Origin: Thermodesulfobacteriota bacterium
GTDB lineage: Bacteria; Desulfobacterota; BSN033; UBA1163
DNA length: 32,630 nucleotides
Direction of reading: 5' to 3'
Assembly (NCBI GenBank): GCA_040756085.1
Contig: JBFMAE010000135.1
Span: 1-32,630 of the forward strand
This document shows positions 7,970 through 16,441 of the stretch, one piece after another. Numbering within the stretch: the first letter of the stretch is position 1; every line of letters begins with the position of its first letter. The notes below the pieces were generated by a model. The model was not told the DNA's origin, ran no database searches, and worked only from the letters and a program-made list of their open reading frames with translations. Position numbers and translations under genes: made by a program.

Positions 7970-9289
7970 TTGATGATGACGAACCGGTCATGGGAAATTA
8001 GTATGGTGAAGGGGAAAGGCATCTTTAACTCTGGCTGGATGATCGTTGGCATCAGTTTCATCACCCTCGCCCTCGGTTATGGGATATGGTATTCCTTTTC
8101 TGTCTTTTTTGTGGCTCTTTTGAAAGAGTTTGGCTGGAGCCGCTCTATCAGTGCTGGTGCATTCTCATTTTTTATCATCATGAGCAGTTTCATCAGTCCT
8201 TTTGCAGGGAACATGGTCTATTCCATTGGACCAAAAAGGGTGATCGTCCTGGGATCGTTGATTCTGGGAGTTGGGCTCGCCCTATGCAGTTTGCCCCAGA
8301 CCTGGTGGCAATTCTATCTCTTTTTCAGTGTTATCACCGGTGTAGGATTAGGAGTCGCCGGATGGGTACCGAATATCACCATCATACAGATTTGGTTCAA
8401 AGAGAAGAGAGGGTTACCCGTCGGGATCATCTCCTCCGGAATAGGCATTGGAATTTTGGTCTGTGTTCCTTTTGCTCAATATTTGATCATCCAGGTGGGA
8501 TGGCGGGTAACTTATCAAATCATGGCTTTCTTTATCCCTCTCATCGTCATCTCCATGGCCATTCCATTCCTGAAGGAACCTCCACAACCCCTACCTTCTC
8601 ATCTTATTGAAACGGGAATTTCCGCTTTGATCATGAAAGATCCTTTGGTCGTCGATGAAGAATGGGTTTCGCAGCCCTGGACGGTCCGGCGGGTAATCCG
8701 TACGAAACCATTCTGGCTACTGGGTCTCTCCTTTTTCTTAGGAACTATGATCACTCAATCCATCTTTACACACCAGGTGGCCTTCTTCGTCGATTATCAT
8801 TTAGACCCCCTGTTTGCTTCTTATATCGCCGGTATTGTAGGCATTGTCAGTCTGGGGAGTAAAATCCTCTGGGGCGTATTATCCGATATCATCGGAAGAG
8901 AGATTACCTACACGATAGGAATTATTTTTTCTATATTCGGGATGATCATCCTTATCGTATTCAATTTCTTTCCTTCCCGGGATCTCACATACTTTTATTC
9001 CGTCTTTTTCGGTATGGGATACGCTGTGACCGCCGCCCTTCCTCCCCTCATCACGGCTGATTTTTTTGAAGGGAGGTCCTATGGAGGCATCTTTGGATCG
9101 CTCATGATCTTCGTAGGGGCAGGAGGGGCTTTCGGAGCTTGGTTCGCTGGTTTCATTTATGACCAGGTAGGAAGTTATGTCCCTGTTTTTATCATGATGG
9201 CAGTCAGTGCCTTTTTTGCTTGTCTTAGTATTTGGAAAGCAGCACCCGGAAAAATCAGGAGGGTACCAGGAAAAAGAGTACCGATCTAA
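7970..9289 (+). CDS. MFS transporter (oxalate/formate antiporter-like family)
   Basis: About 12 predicted TM helices. GWSRSISAGAFSFFIIMSSFISPFAGNMVYSIGPKRV is a typical OFA/MFS_1 loop 2-3 region. The start is uncertain: TTG 7970, ATG 7973 or ATG 8003. Confidence 0.85.
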   Translation: MMMTNRSWEISMVKGKGIFNSGWMIVGISFITLALGYGIWYSFSVFFVALLKEFGWSRSISAGAFSFFIIMSSFISPFAGNMVYSIGPKRVIVLGSLILGVGLALCSLPQTWWQFYLFFSVITGVGLGVAGWVPNITIIQIWFKEKRGLPVGIISSGIGIGILVCVPFAQYLIIQVGWRVTYQIMAFFIPLIVISMAIPFLKEPPQPLPSHLIETGISALIMKDPLVVDEEWVSQPWTVRRVIRTKPFWLLGLSFFLGTMITQSIFTHQVAFFVDYHLDPLFASYIAGIVGIVSLGSKILWGVLSDIIGREITYTIGIIFSIFGMIILIVFNFFPSRDLTYFYSVFFGMGYAVTAALPPLITADFFEGRSYGGIFGSLMIFVGAGGAFGAWFAGFIYDQVGSYVPVFIMMAVSAFFACLSIWKAAPGKIRRVPGKRVPI

Positions 9290-9441
9290 AGCTTGCTTTC
9301 ATTGTAAATCAAAACTTGTCCTTTCTGGTTCAAAAATTTAATTTGAAGTCGTTTCGCTTTGTTGAGAATGGTAAACGAAAACATCTTCATTTACACTCTG
9401 AGTAATTTTTTAGATTTTCCAGATTCTTCCATAATTGTACC

Positions 9442-9469
9442 TTGACAAATTAACCGTCTTTAGTATCAA
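9442..9469 (+). promoter_or_regulatory. Sigma-70 promoter for the PaaK-like ligase gene
   Basis: TTGACA (9442-9447), a 16-nt spacer, then TATCAA (9464-9469). AGGAGA RBS lies 6 nt before ATG 9515. Confidence 0.45.
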
Positions 9470-9514
9470 AATATGAACCAATAGAGAGAAAAGAATTTAC
9501 GAAAGGAGAAGAAG

Positions 9515-10786
9515 ATGTCTCGGAAAAGAGAGATGGAAAAGGTGTCCTTATCACAGTTAAAGAAGATTCAGGAAACAAAAATCCGGCATCTGGTCAGATG
9601 GGCTTATGAGAGAACAGAACTCTACCGCCGAAAATGGGACGAGATCGGATTAAAACCAAAGGATGTCAGAAAAATGGAGGATTTAAAGAAGGCACCTCTC
9701 ACACGATATTTGGAGGATTTTGTTAAGACTCCTACTCCAGATAAATTGGCCGTGCCCATGAAGGAAGTAAAAGAGGTGAGCTCCACCTCGGGTACTCTTT
9801 CGGGGTTCACCCAGCCCTTCATGCTTACGAAGAAGGAGGCAAAGGCCTACTATCGGACTGAGGCCCGGGTGAGGGCGATTTGCGGGGTGACCCCCTTGGA
9901 TGTTGTTCAAGTGCTTACCGGTTTTGAGTGTTGCAGGAATGGATATTATACTCTAGGCTCAATGGTTTTGATGGATCATGCTGGAAGAAGAAATATCGAT
10001 CATCAAATCCGTCTGACACAGGTGATGGGTGTGACGGTGTTAGAGCATCTCCCCAGTCATGTCCTTCTCTATTTTGAAAGGGCAAAGCAGTTGGGGATTG
10101 ATATCCGTCAAACCAAACTGAGAATGGTCGTGGGTGTGGGTGAAGGATGGGCAGAGGCTTATAAAGGAAAAGTGGAGAAAGAGTATGGGGTTCCATTTCG
10201 GAGTGCTTACGGGCTTGTGGAAACGAGTGTCGTTGCAGGGGAATGTGGGGAAGGAGGAGGGATGCACATGGTGATGGATAATTTTATCATCGAAGTGATT
10301 GACCCTGAGACCGGAGAGAACCTGATGCCTGGAGAGGAAGGAGAACTGGTGATCACTCCCCTGAATAATATCGCCATGCCTCTTCTCCGATATCGAACAG
10401 GGGATGTGGGATCGCTTATCCCTTATGAACCCTGCAAATGTGGAAATACCCATCAAAAGATTTCCATTGTAAGGGGAAGGATCTCTCAATTCATCAAAGT
10501 GAATGGAAAACGAATCCTTCCCATGGATATTGAAGAGGTGGTCGCCCTCACGCCTGGGCTTGGAGATGAGTATCAGATCATTTTGGATCGTCCAGGGGAG
10601 CTCAGCCGGCTAAAGGTAAAAGCAGAAATTCGTCCTGAGAGTCGAAATCCTGAGGCTGTGAAGAAAAAATTAGAAGAGACTATCCTGAAGGATTTGGGTC
10701 TCGATAGCGAAGTTGAATTGGTTCCCATAGGTTCTTTAGGTCGTTCTCTCTTTAAGGCCCAGAGGGTGATCAAGACTTATACATAA
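9515..10786 (+). CDS. Phenylacetate-CoA ligase / coenzyme F390 synthetase family adenylate-forming enzyme
   Basis: PaaK-type N-terminus (LKKIQETKIRHLVRWAYERTELYRRKW). Adenylation motifs SSTSGTLSG, YGLVETS and YRTGDVG. Size of 423 aa fits the family. Confidence 0.85.
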   Translation: MSRKREMEKVSLSQLKKIQETKIRHLVRWAYERTELYRRKWDEIGLKPKDVRKMEDLKKAPLTRYLEDFVKTPTPDKLAVPMKEVKEVSSTSGTLSGFTQPFMLTKKEAKAYYRTEARVRAICGVTPLDVVQVLTGFECCRNGYYTLGSMVLMDHAGRRNIDHQIRLTQVMGVTVLEHLPSHVLLYFERAKQLGIDIRQTKLRMVVGVGEGWAEAYKGKVEKEYGVPFRSAYGLVETSVVAGECGEGGGMHMVMDNFIIEVIDPETGENLMPGEEGELVITPLNNIAMPLLRYRTGDVGSLIPYEPCKCGNTHQKISIVRGRISQFIKVNGKRILPMDIEEVVALTPGLGDEYQIILDRPGELSRLKVKAEIRPESRNPEAVKKKLEETILKDLGLDSEVELVPIGSLGRSLFKAQRVIKTYT

Positions 10787-10800
10787 GATAGTCTAATCTG

Positions 10801-11772
10801 CTAATCGATCATTCTCACTTCGAGGAATAAGTCTCCTCGATGGCCATCGCGATCCAACTGACCTAAGCCCTTCAATCTCAAGCGCGTTCCTTCCTCAACC
10901 CCGGGGGGAACCGTAACAATGAGGGTTCTCTTTCTCAATCCCTGCGGGATGGAAATCAGTTTCCGGGTGCCATAATGGGCTTCTCTCGGAGTGATTCGGA
11001 TCACTCCATAAAGATCCAACTCATCAGGAAGATACTGAGGAGAGATGGATTGAATCCGAGGTGTTCTTTGCCTTTCCGTATAATGGCGGAGGCTTCCATC
11101 CAAGCCGATCCGGGGAATCACATCAAATATTTTTATCAAAATGAGACCAACAATGAAGCCACCGATATGGGCCCAGAAGGCAATTCCTCCCACATTGCTC
11201 GGGGTGAGGCCTGCAGAAAATAGCTGAATAAGAAACCAGTATCCGAGAAAGATGAAAGCCGGGAGCTCAACAAATTGGAAAAAGAAAAAGATCGGTATCA
11301 GGGTCAGGATCCTTGCACGGGGATGGAGGAAGAGATAAGCTCCCATGACACCGGCAATTGCGCCGCTCGCCCCAATGGTGGGGATTTTGGAATTCCAGTT
11401 TGTGACGAGGTGAATGAGGCCGGCCCCCACACCGCAGAGGAGATAGAAAAGAATATACCGGATGTGTCCGAGTCTGTCTTCGATGTTATCTCCGAAGATA
11501 TAGAGAAACCACATGTTTCCGAGAATGTGAAGGAATCCACCGTGAAGAAACATCGAGGTCAAAAAGGGGATCATTTGCTGGACTATTGTAAATTGGACAG
11601 AGATCTCCGGGTTGGAATATCGGAAAGGAACAATTCCGTAGAGGAAAAACGCCTCCATTAGATGGGGACCCTGGGTGAGCTCCCACAGAAAGGCAAGGAT
11701 ATTGAGGCCGATGATAAGGGTGTTGACCACCGGAAAATGATCAGAACGAATTGTATCTCGAATTGGGATCAT
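10801..11772 (-). CDS. Rhomboid intramembrane serine protease with a C-terminal DnaJ-CTD-like domain
   Basis: Rhomboid motifs HGGFLHILGNMWFLYIFG, GASGAIAGVMGAY and WAHIGGF. The C-terminal about 70 aa, DLYGVIRITPREAHYGTRKLISIP...TVPPGVEEGTRLRLKGLGQLDRDGHRGDLFLEV, matches the DnaJ C-terminal beta-sandwich pattern. Confidence 0.85.
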   Translation of the reverse strand: MIPIRDTIRSDHFPVVNTLIIGLNILAFLWELTQGPHLMEAFFLYGIVPFRYSNPEISVQFTIVQQMIPFLTSMFLHGGFLHILGNMWFLYIFGDNIEDRLGHIRYILFYLLCGVGAGLIHLVTNWNSKIPTIGASGAIAGVMGAYLFLHPRARILTLIPIFFFFQFVELPAFIFLGYWFLIQLFSAGLTPSNVGGIAFWAHIGGFIVGLILIKIFDVIPRIGLDGSLRHYTERQRTPRIQSISPQYLPDELDLYGVIRITPREAHYGTRKLISIPQGLRKRTLIVTVPPGVEEGTRLRLKGLGQLDRDGHRGDLFLEVRMID

Positions 11773-12042
11773 GGTATCTCACTATTAAATATAATTTGTC
11801 TCGGTTTTGAATACAAGAAGGTTTCGCAATTCCTTAGAAAATAAATTATCCAATATCCATCACAAAATGCCTGGCTGTCGGCAGATAGGTAGGGGGTTGA
11901 TTTATCAAATCCGCCATGTACTTTCAAATCCCCCCATCCCCTCTTTGCTAAGGGGGTGCAGCCGTCCATAGACCGCCTGAGAGGGTAGGGGAGACTTTAG
12001 CCTCCCTGGCTTAACCTCTCCCCATTGATGGGGGAGGGGGGG

Positions 12043-12096
12043 CCCTGCACCACATTGGGTGCAGGGCAAAGCCCTGAACCTCACATGGTTCAGGGG
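12043..12096. repeat. Tandem pair of 9-bp-stem hairpins (REP-like)
   Basis: CCCTGCACC-acattg-GGTGCAGGG (12043-12066) and CCCTGAACC-tcacatg-GGTTCAGGG (12072-12096) are separated by caaag. Further G/C-rich palindromes lie at 11925-12040. Confidence 0.6.
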
Positions 12097-12224
12097 TGGG
12101 TAGTAGGGGGGGAGAAGTTGGCCTTATTTAAACTTGATTTACTCTTTGCTTTTTAGTAAGTTTTAGGTTAAATAGTTTCGGTTTTGTCAGTCCAACGTAA
12201 AGGTTCTCTTTAACCTTTCTAAGC

Positions 12225-12300
12225 GGTCCCATCGTCTAGTGGCCTAGGACACCGGCCTCTCACGTCGGTAACACGGGTTCGAACCCCGTTGGGACCACCA
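12225..12300 (+). tRNA. tRNA-Glu (anticodon CUC), CCA encoded
   Basis: Hand-folded cloverleaf. Acceptor GGTCCCA/TGGGACC. Anticodon stem CCGGC/GTCGG with loop CT-CTC-AC. T-arm GGGTTCGAACCCC. Discriminator A + CCA. 76 nt. Confidence 0.9.
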
Positions 12301-12317
12301 ACCTTTTTTTAGTCATA

Positions 12318-13360
12318 AGGTGTCAGGCAATCGAAATAAAGTAATTGACTTGTCGTGTCTTTTTATGATAGACGGTTTTCATGGGTCGTAAGCCACGTAT
12401 ACATTTTCCAGGAGCTTTATATCACGTTATTTCAAGAGGAAATCAAAGACAAGATTTGTATCCTGCCGAAAAAGACTTCAAGACATTCCTTTCCTATCTT
12501 TCTGAGTACAGAGACAGATACGATTTTCATCTTTATGCTTATGCCCTTATGAGGAATCACTTTCATCTTCTACTGGAGGTGGGAAAGATCCCTTTGAGTA
12601 AAATTATGCAACCCCTTTTGTATCGGTATACGCGTTATTTCAACAGGCGATATGGGAAGACAGGGCATCTTTTTCAAGGTCGTTACAGGGCTATCATATG
12701 CGATAAGGATTCATATCTATTGGAGTTAGTCAGATATATTCATCTTAATCCGGTACGGGCGAAGGTGGTAAGAGATCCCGAAAAATATCTGTGGACAGGC
12801 CACTTGGGCTATCTCGGGAAGATGAAGGATAGTCTTATGGAAGAAGATTTCCTACTGGGTCAATTTGGAGAGTATAAATCTATTGCGAGGCAGAAGTACC
12901 AGCAATTTGTTTTGGAGAGACTTGATGGGGGGCATGAGGATAAATATTATGAAGTAAAGGATCAGCGTTACCTCGGAGAAGATAGTTTTATTGATCGTAT
13001 CAAAAGCAAGAAGGGAGAGGCCGAAAACGCGGTTTTTGATATTCCGATAGAAGTCATTGCACAAGAGGTGAGTAGGGTAGTGGGGATCACAAAAGAAATT
13101 CTATACAGTTCGACGCGGAATCGTGAGGGAGCTTGGGGGAGGAGCATAGTTGCTTATTTGGCAAGAGTCCTATCGGAAAACAAGGTTAAAGATACGGCCT
13201 GGCATTTTGGACGGAGTCCGATGGTAATCAGCCAGGGAATCATTAGAATTGAAAGAGAGATGGGTAAGGACAAGGGGCTTTATAAGTTAATTGAGAAGTT
13301 GAAGGGGGAGCTGATAAAGAAGGCTAGGAGGAAATACTTTATTACAATTGCCTGACACCT
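12318..13360 (+). mobile_element. Single-gene Y1-transposase (RAYT/IS200-like) unit bounded by 14-bp perfect inverted repeats
   Basis: AGGTGTCAGGCAAT (12318-12331) and its exact reverse complement ATTGCCTGACACCT (13347-13360, overlapping the stop codon). The unit begins 18 nt after the tRNA-Glu 3' end. Confidence 0.55.
12381..13355 (+). CDS. IS200/RAYT-type HUH Y1 transposase fused to a DnaA-domain-IV-like HTH
   Basis: ALYHVISRGNQRQ, HUH motif RNHFHLLLE, and catalytic Tyr region RYIHLNPVRAKVV. The C-terminal TRNREGAWGRSIVAYLARVLS...WHFGRSPMVISQGIIRIE resembles the DnaA C-terminal DNA-binding domain. Confidence 0.85.
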   Translation: MGRKPRIHFPGALYHVISRGNQRQDLYPAEKDFKTFLSYLSEYRDRYDFHLYAYALMRNHFHLLLEVGKIPLSKIMQPLLYRYTRYFNRRYGKTGHLFQGRYRAIICDKDSYLLELVRYIHLNPVRAKVVRDPEKYLWTGHLGYLGKMKDSLMEEDFLLGQFGEYKSIARQKYQQFVLERLDGGHEDKYYEVKDQRYLGEDSFIDRIKSKKGEAENAVFDIPIEVIAQEVSRVVGITKEILYSSTRNREGAWGRSIVAYLARVLSENKVKDTAWHFGRSPMVISQGIIRIEREMGKDKGLYKLIEKLKGELIKKARRKYFITIA

Positions 13361-13370
13361 ATTATTGGTT

Positions 13371-14279
13371 CTATGCCTTGCAAACTTTTCTAAAATTACA
13401 TCTGAGGGTTACTGATTCATCCTTTACCTTGCTGAACCGTTCTTCCTGCATTGGGATGTTATTACCGGCATCTATTAAAAGAGATTGCATATCCTTAATG
13501 CTTCCCCTGATGTATCCCTTGATATCTTCAACCTCACCACGAGTTATTGGAAACCAATTAGACTTGTCAAAAGAGAGATTATACTCGATGATCGTGAGTG
13601 ATTCGGGATGAATGTGCCATTTTTCCATAGCATAAAGTGCATAACAGCATAGTTGGATGGTAAGATCTTCAGAGAGGCTCTTTCCTGTCTTCCAGTCATA
13701 GATGTAAACTTCATCTCCTTCCCTTATCGCACAGTCGATGGCTAAGTTGATTCTGATATGATCCAGATGGAAATAGGAAAATTCCTCAACTTCAAGCCAC
13801 CCATCTCTCGGATGGGATTTTAAGCCGTCATAGATATCAGAGGCATAAAAGTTTCTCAGACAAGTCTCCACATTATTTGCTACTTCTTTCCACTGATCGT
13901 CGGTCAATTCTATTTCATATTCATGCTCAAAGAGGGCACAGCTCCTGGGGTTTTTCCAATAATTTTTCGATTTTGAAGATCGAAACTCAGCTCTCATCTG
14001 ATCAAGGGTGATCGAAACAATTTCATCTACAGAAAGAACTTTAATTCCTCTTCTAATATTATTTAGACTTCTCTGGATACACTCATGGACTTTTTCTCCC
14101 GCCCAGATATGTCGGTTTTTGAGGTTCTTCAAGATATATATCTGGCGGGTTCTGGGAGGAGCATCCTCAAACCAGCCGTTCCAGTAACCATAATAGGCGA
14201 ACCAGTATTGTCTGGGGCAGGTTTTAAAGACCTCGTCCCTGGTTTTTGACCAGGAGAATTCGTTTTTTAGTTCTGTCAT
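13371..14279 (-). CDS. PD-(D/E)XK nuclease, Cas4/AddB-nuclease-like
   Basis: N-terminal Cys in FKTCPRQYW, then AGEKVHE, IDCAI, VYIYDWKTGK (D/E-x-K), QLCCYALY (QxxxY) and C-terminal CNFRKVC. ATG 14279 overlaps the helicase stop (TGATG). A TTG at 14282 is also possible. Confidence 0.75.
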   Translation of the reverse strand: MTELKNEFSWSKTRDEVFKTCPRQYWFAYYGYWNGWFEDAPPRTRQIYILKNLKNRHIWAGEKVHECIQRSLNNIRRGIKVLSVDEIVSITLDQMRAEFRSSKSKNYWKNPRSCALFEHEYEIELTDDQWKEVANNVETCLRNFYASDIYDGLKSHPRDGWLEVEEFSYFHLDHIRINLAIDCAIREGDEVYIYDWKTGKSLSEDLTIQLCCYALYAMEKWHIHPESLTIIEYNLSFDKSNWFPITRGEVEDIKGYIRGSIKDMQSLLIDAGNNIPMQEERFSKVKDESVTLRCNFRKVCKA

Positions 14280-16441
14280 CAAGCCACCAGTCTACGAGAG
14301 AGTTGGGTGAACCTCAATTGAGGTTTGTTATTTTTTATGGCAATGGCCAAGGCCTTCTTGGTTCCGATTAACACCACCAGTTTTTTGGCCCTGGTAATAC
14401 CAGTATAAATCAAATTCCTCTGAAGAAGAAGATAATGCTGCGTGGTCACAGGTAGGATCACCACCGGATACTCACTCCCCTGCGACTTGTGGACGGAAAT
14501 AGCATAGGCGACCACCACCTCATCCAGCTCAGAAAAGTCGTACGTGATTAGTCTCCCGTCAAAGTCAATGATCATCTCCTTATCTTCCTGATCAATCCTT
14601 GAAACCCACCCGATGTCACCATTAAAGACTTCCTTATCATAATTATTAATCACTTGCATGACTTTATCATGTAACCTGAACGTCCTGCCTCCATAGGTGA
14701 TACCAAACTGGTCAGGGTTCAGTTTTTTCTGCAATTCTATGTTGAGATTCGTCACTCCAATCAATCCCTTATGCATCGGAGTTAAGACCTGTATATCCCG
14801 AATCGGGTGAAAGCCAAACCGTTCAGGGATTCTCTCACTACAGAGTGAAAGGATCCTATTTAAGATCTTTTCAGGGTACTCTTCCTGAATGAAGTAAAAA
14901 TCGGTCGGCTCTTTCTTCTCTCCATTCTTCAGAATGGGAAACTCCCCCCGATTCACCCGGTGAGCATTCACCACAATCATACTCTCTTGAGTCTGGCGGA
15001 AGATCTCCGTCAACCTGACTACTGGAAAGAGGCCCGAATCGATCATATCCCTCAAAACATTCCCCGGTCCAACCGATGGAAGCTGGTCTACGTCACCTAC
15101 CAATATCAAATGGGCCTGGGATGGAATGGCTTTGAGCAAGTGATACATCAAAAGCGTATCCACCATGGATGCCTCATCAATGATGATGACATCCGCCTCC
15201 AAAGGATTATCCTGATCTTTTTTAAAGCCTCCCTTCTGAGGAGAGTATTCAAGCAAACGATGGATGGTCTTGGCCTCCCAGTCTGTCGCCTCCGTCATCC
15301 TCTTGGCAGCCCTGCCTGTAGGGGCAGCAAGTAGAATTCTCAGTTTCAACTGGTAGAAGATCCTTGATATCGCCGTGATGATGGTGGTCTTTCCTGTGCC
15401 TGGACCTCCAGTAATAATCAAAACCTTTGAGCTCGCTGCTGAGAGGACCGCCTCCTTCTGCTTCTCGGCCAGCTCAATGTGGAGTTTCTGTTGAACCCAC
15501 TCAACTGCCTTTTCAGGATGAATAGGTCTGATGTTTGTTGGAGAATCTTTCAGCCTTCTTAATCCTTCGGCTATTCCCATTTCTGAAAGATAGAAAGGCG
15601 TAAGATAGACAGCTTTGTGAACCTGCCCATTATTTATCTCTTCAAGGAAAATCTCCTTTCCCCTGGAGAGTTCCATAATTGCTTTGGTAATAATCTCCTG
15701 ATCAACTTTCAATACCTCCATCGATTTTTTAACCAATCCCTTTTCGGGGTAGTAGACATTGCCCTCTTCAGTCAGCTCGTTCAATACATAGATAACTCCA
15801 GCCTTCGCCCTGATGAGAGAATTTGGGTCGATCCCGATGTTTTTGGCGATTTTGTCCGCCGTAATGAAGCCAATGCCACGAATATCCTGGGAAAGACGAT
15901 AGGGATTCCCCTTAACCAATTCGATAGAACGGTTGCCATATTGTTTGAAAATTTTGGCCGAATAAGCAGCACTTACACCATGTCCCTGAAGAAAGATCAT
16001 AATCTCCTTGATTTCTCTCTGCTCCTCCCATGCTTTTTTAATCATGCCAATCCTTATGGGGCCGATCCCATATATTTCGGAAAGCCGCTCAGGCGCTTTC
16101 TCGATGATATCGAGAGTATCTAGTCCAAATTTTTTCACAATCCGATCTGCCATGATCGGACCAATGCCTTTGATCAATCCAGAACCTAAATATCTCTTTA
16201 TGCCATGGACTGTCGCAGGAACTGTAACTTCGTAATTATCAACCTGGAACTGCTCCCCAAACTTCTTGCTATGAACCCACCTGCCCACAAGTTTTAGTGA
16301 CTCCCCTTGATTGATCGCAGATAGGCTTCCAATGATTGTTGTCAACTCTCTTTTCCCCTTCTCCTGGAGTTTGGCCACTACAAAGCCAGTCTCTTCGTTG
16401 TAGTAAGTTATCCTTTCAATAAGACCATAAATGGTAGACAT
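14279..16441 (-). CDS. recD2: RecD2/TraA-family SF1B DNA helicase
   Basis: N-terminal IERITYYNEETGFVVAKL. Three HhH motifs (GIGPIMADRIV, IYGIGPIRIGMI, IRGIGFITADKIA). Walker A GGPGTGKTT, Walker B IIIDEASMVD, VGDVDQLPSVGPG and AISVHKSQGSEYP. The ORF is open to TTG 16519, but ATG 16441 fits the family N-terminus. Confidence 0.9.
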   Translation of the reverse strand: MSTIYGLIERITYYNEETGFVVAKLQEKGKRELTTIIGSLSAINQGESLKLVGRWVHSKKFGEQFQVDNYEVTVPATVHGIKRYLGSGLIKGIGPIMADRIVKKFGLDTLDIIEKAPERLSEIYGIGPIRIGMIKKAWEEQREIKEIMIFLQGHGVSAAYSAKIFKQYGNRSIELVKGNPYRLSQDIRGIGFITADKIAKNIGIDPNSLIRAKAGVIYVLNELTEEGNVYYPEKGLVKKSMEVLKVDQEIITKAIMELSRGKEIFLEEINNGQVHKAVYLTPFYLSEMGIAEGLRRLKDSPTNIRPIHPEKAVEWVQQKLHIELAEKQKEAVLSAASSKVLIITGGPGTGKTTIITAISRIFYQLKLRILLAAPTGRAAKRMTEATDWEAKTIHRLLEYSPQKGGFKKDQDNPLEADVIIIDEASMVDTLLMYHLLKAIPSQAHLILVGDVDQLPSVGPGNVLRDMIDSGLFPVVRLTEIFRQTQESMIVVNAHRVNRGEFPILKNGEKKEPTDFYFIQEEYPEKILNRILSLCSERIPERFGFHPIRDIQVLTPMHKGLIGVTNLNIELQKKLNPDQFGITYGGRTFRLHDKVMQVINNYDKEVFNGDIGWVSRIDQEDKEMIIDFDGRLITYDFSELDEVVVAYAISVHKSQGSEYPVVILPVTTQHYLLLQRNLIYTGITRAKKLVVLIGTKKALAIAIKNNKPQLRFTQLSRRLVA

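Noticed and set aside
8086-8862. Alternate-frame ORFs (174 aa and 66 aa) inside the MFS transporter gene.
   Set aside because: They are same-strand out-of-frame ORFs with Arg/His/Cys-rich nonsense composition. The MFS frame has a clear 12-TM pattern.
9622-10773. Several antisense ORFs within the PaaK-like ligase gene.
   Set aside because: They are shadow ORFs opposite a motif-rich gene.
10975-11844. Plus-strand ORFs opposite the rhomboid gene (82, 128 and 60 aa).
   Set aside because: They are antisense to a gene with all rhomboid catalytic motifs and have no independent support.
12043-12115. Words resembling the c-di-GMP-I (GEMM) riboswitch (CAGGGCAAAGCC, GGGTAGTAGGGG).
   Set aside because: The two hairpins lack the GNRA tetraloop/receptor architecture, and the G-rich tail is outside any stem. 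The downstream plus-strand feature is a tRNA, not an mRNA. The similarity is superficial.
13348-13611. An 87-aa plus-strand ORF starting inside the transposase's right inverted repeat.
   Set aside because: It is antisense to the PD-(D/E)XK nuclease gene and has no motifs.
14960-16235. Plus-strand ORFs (124, 168 and 75 aa) and a same-strand alternate-frame ORF (15781-15972, 63 aa) within the RecD2 gene.
   Set aside because: They are shadow ORFs. The helicase frame carries all SF1 motifs.
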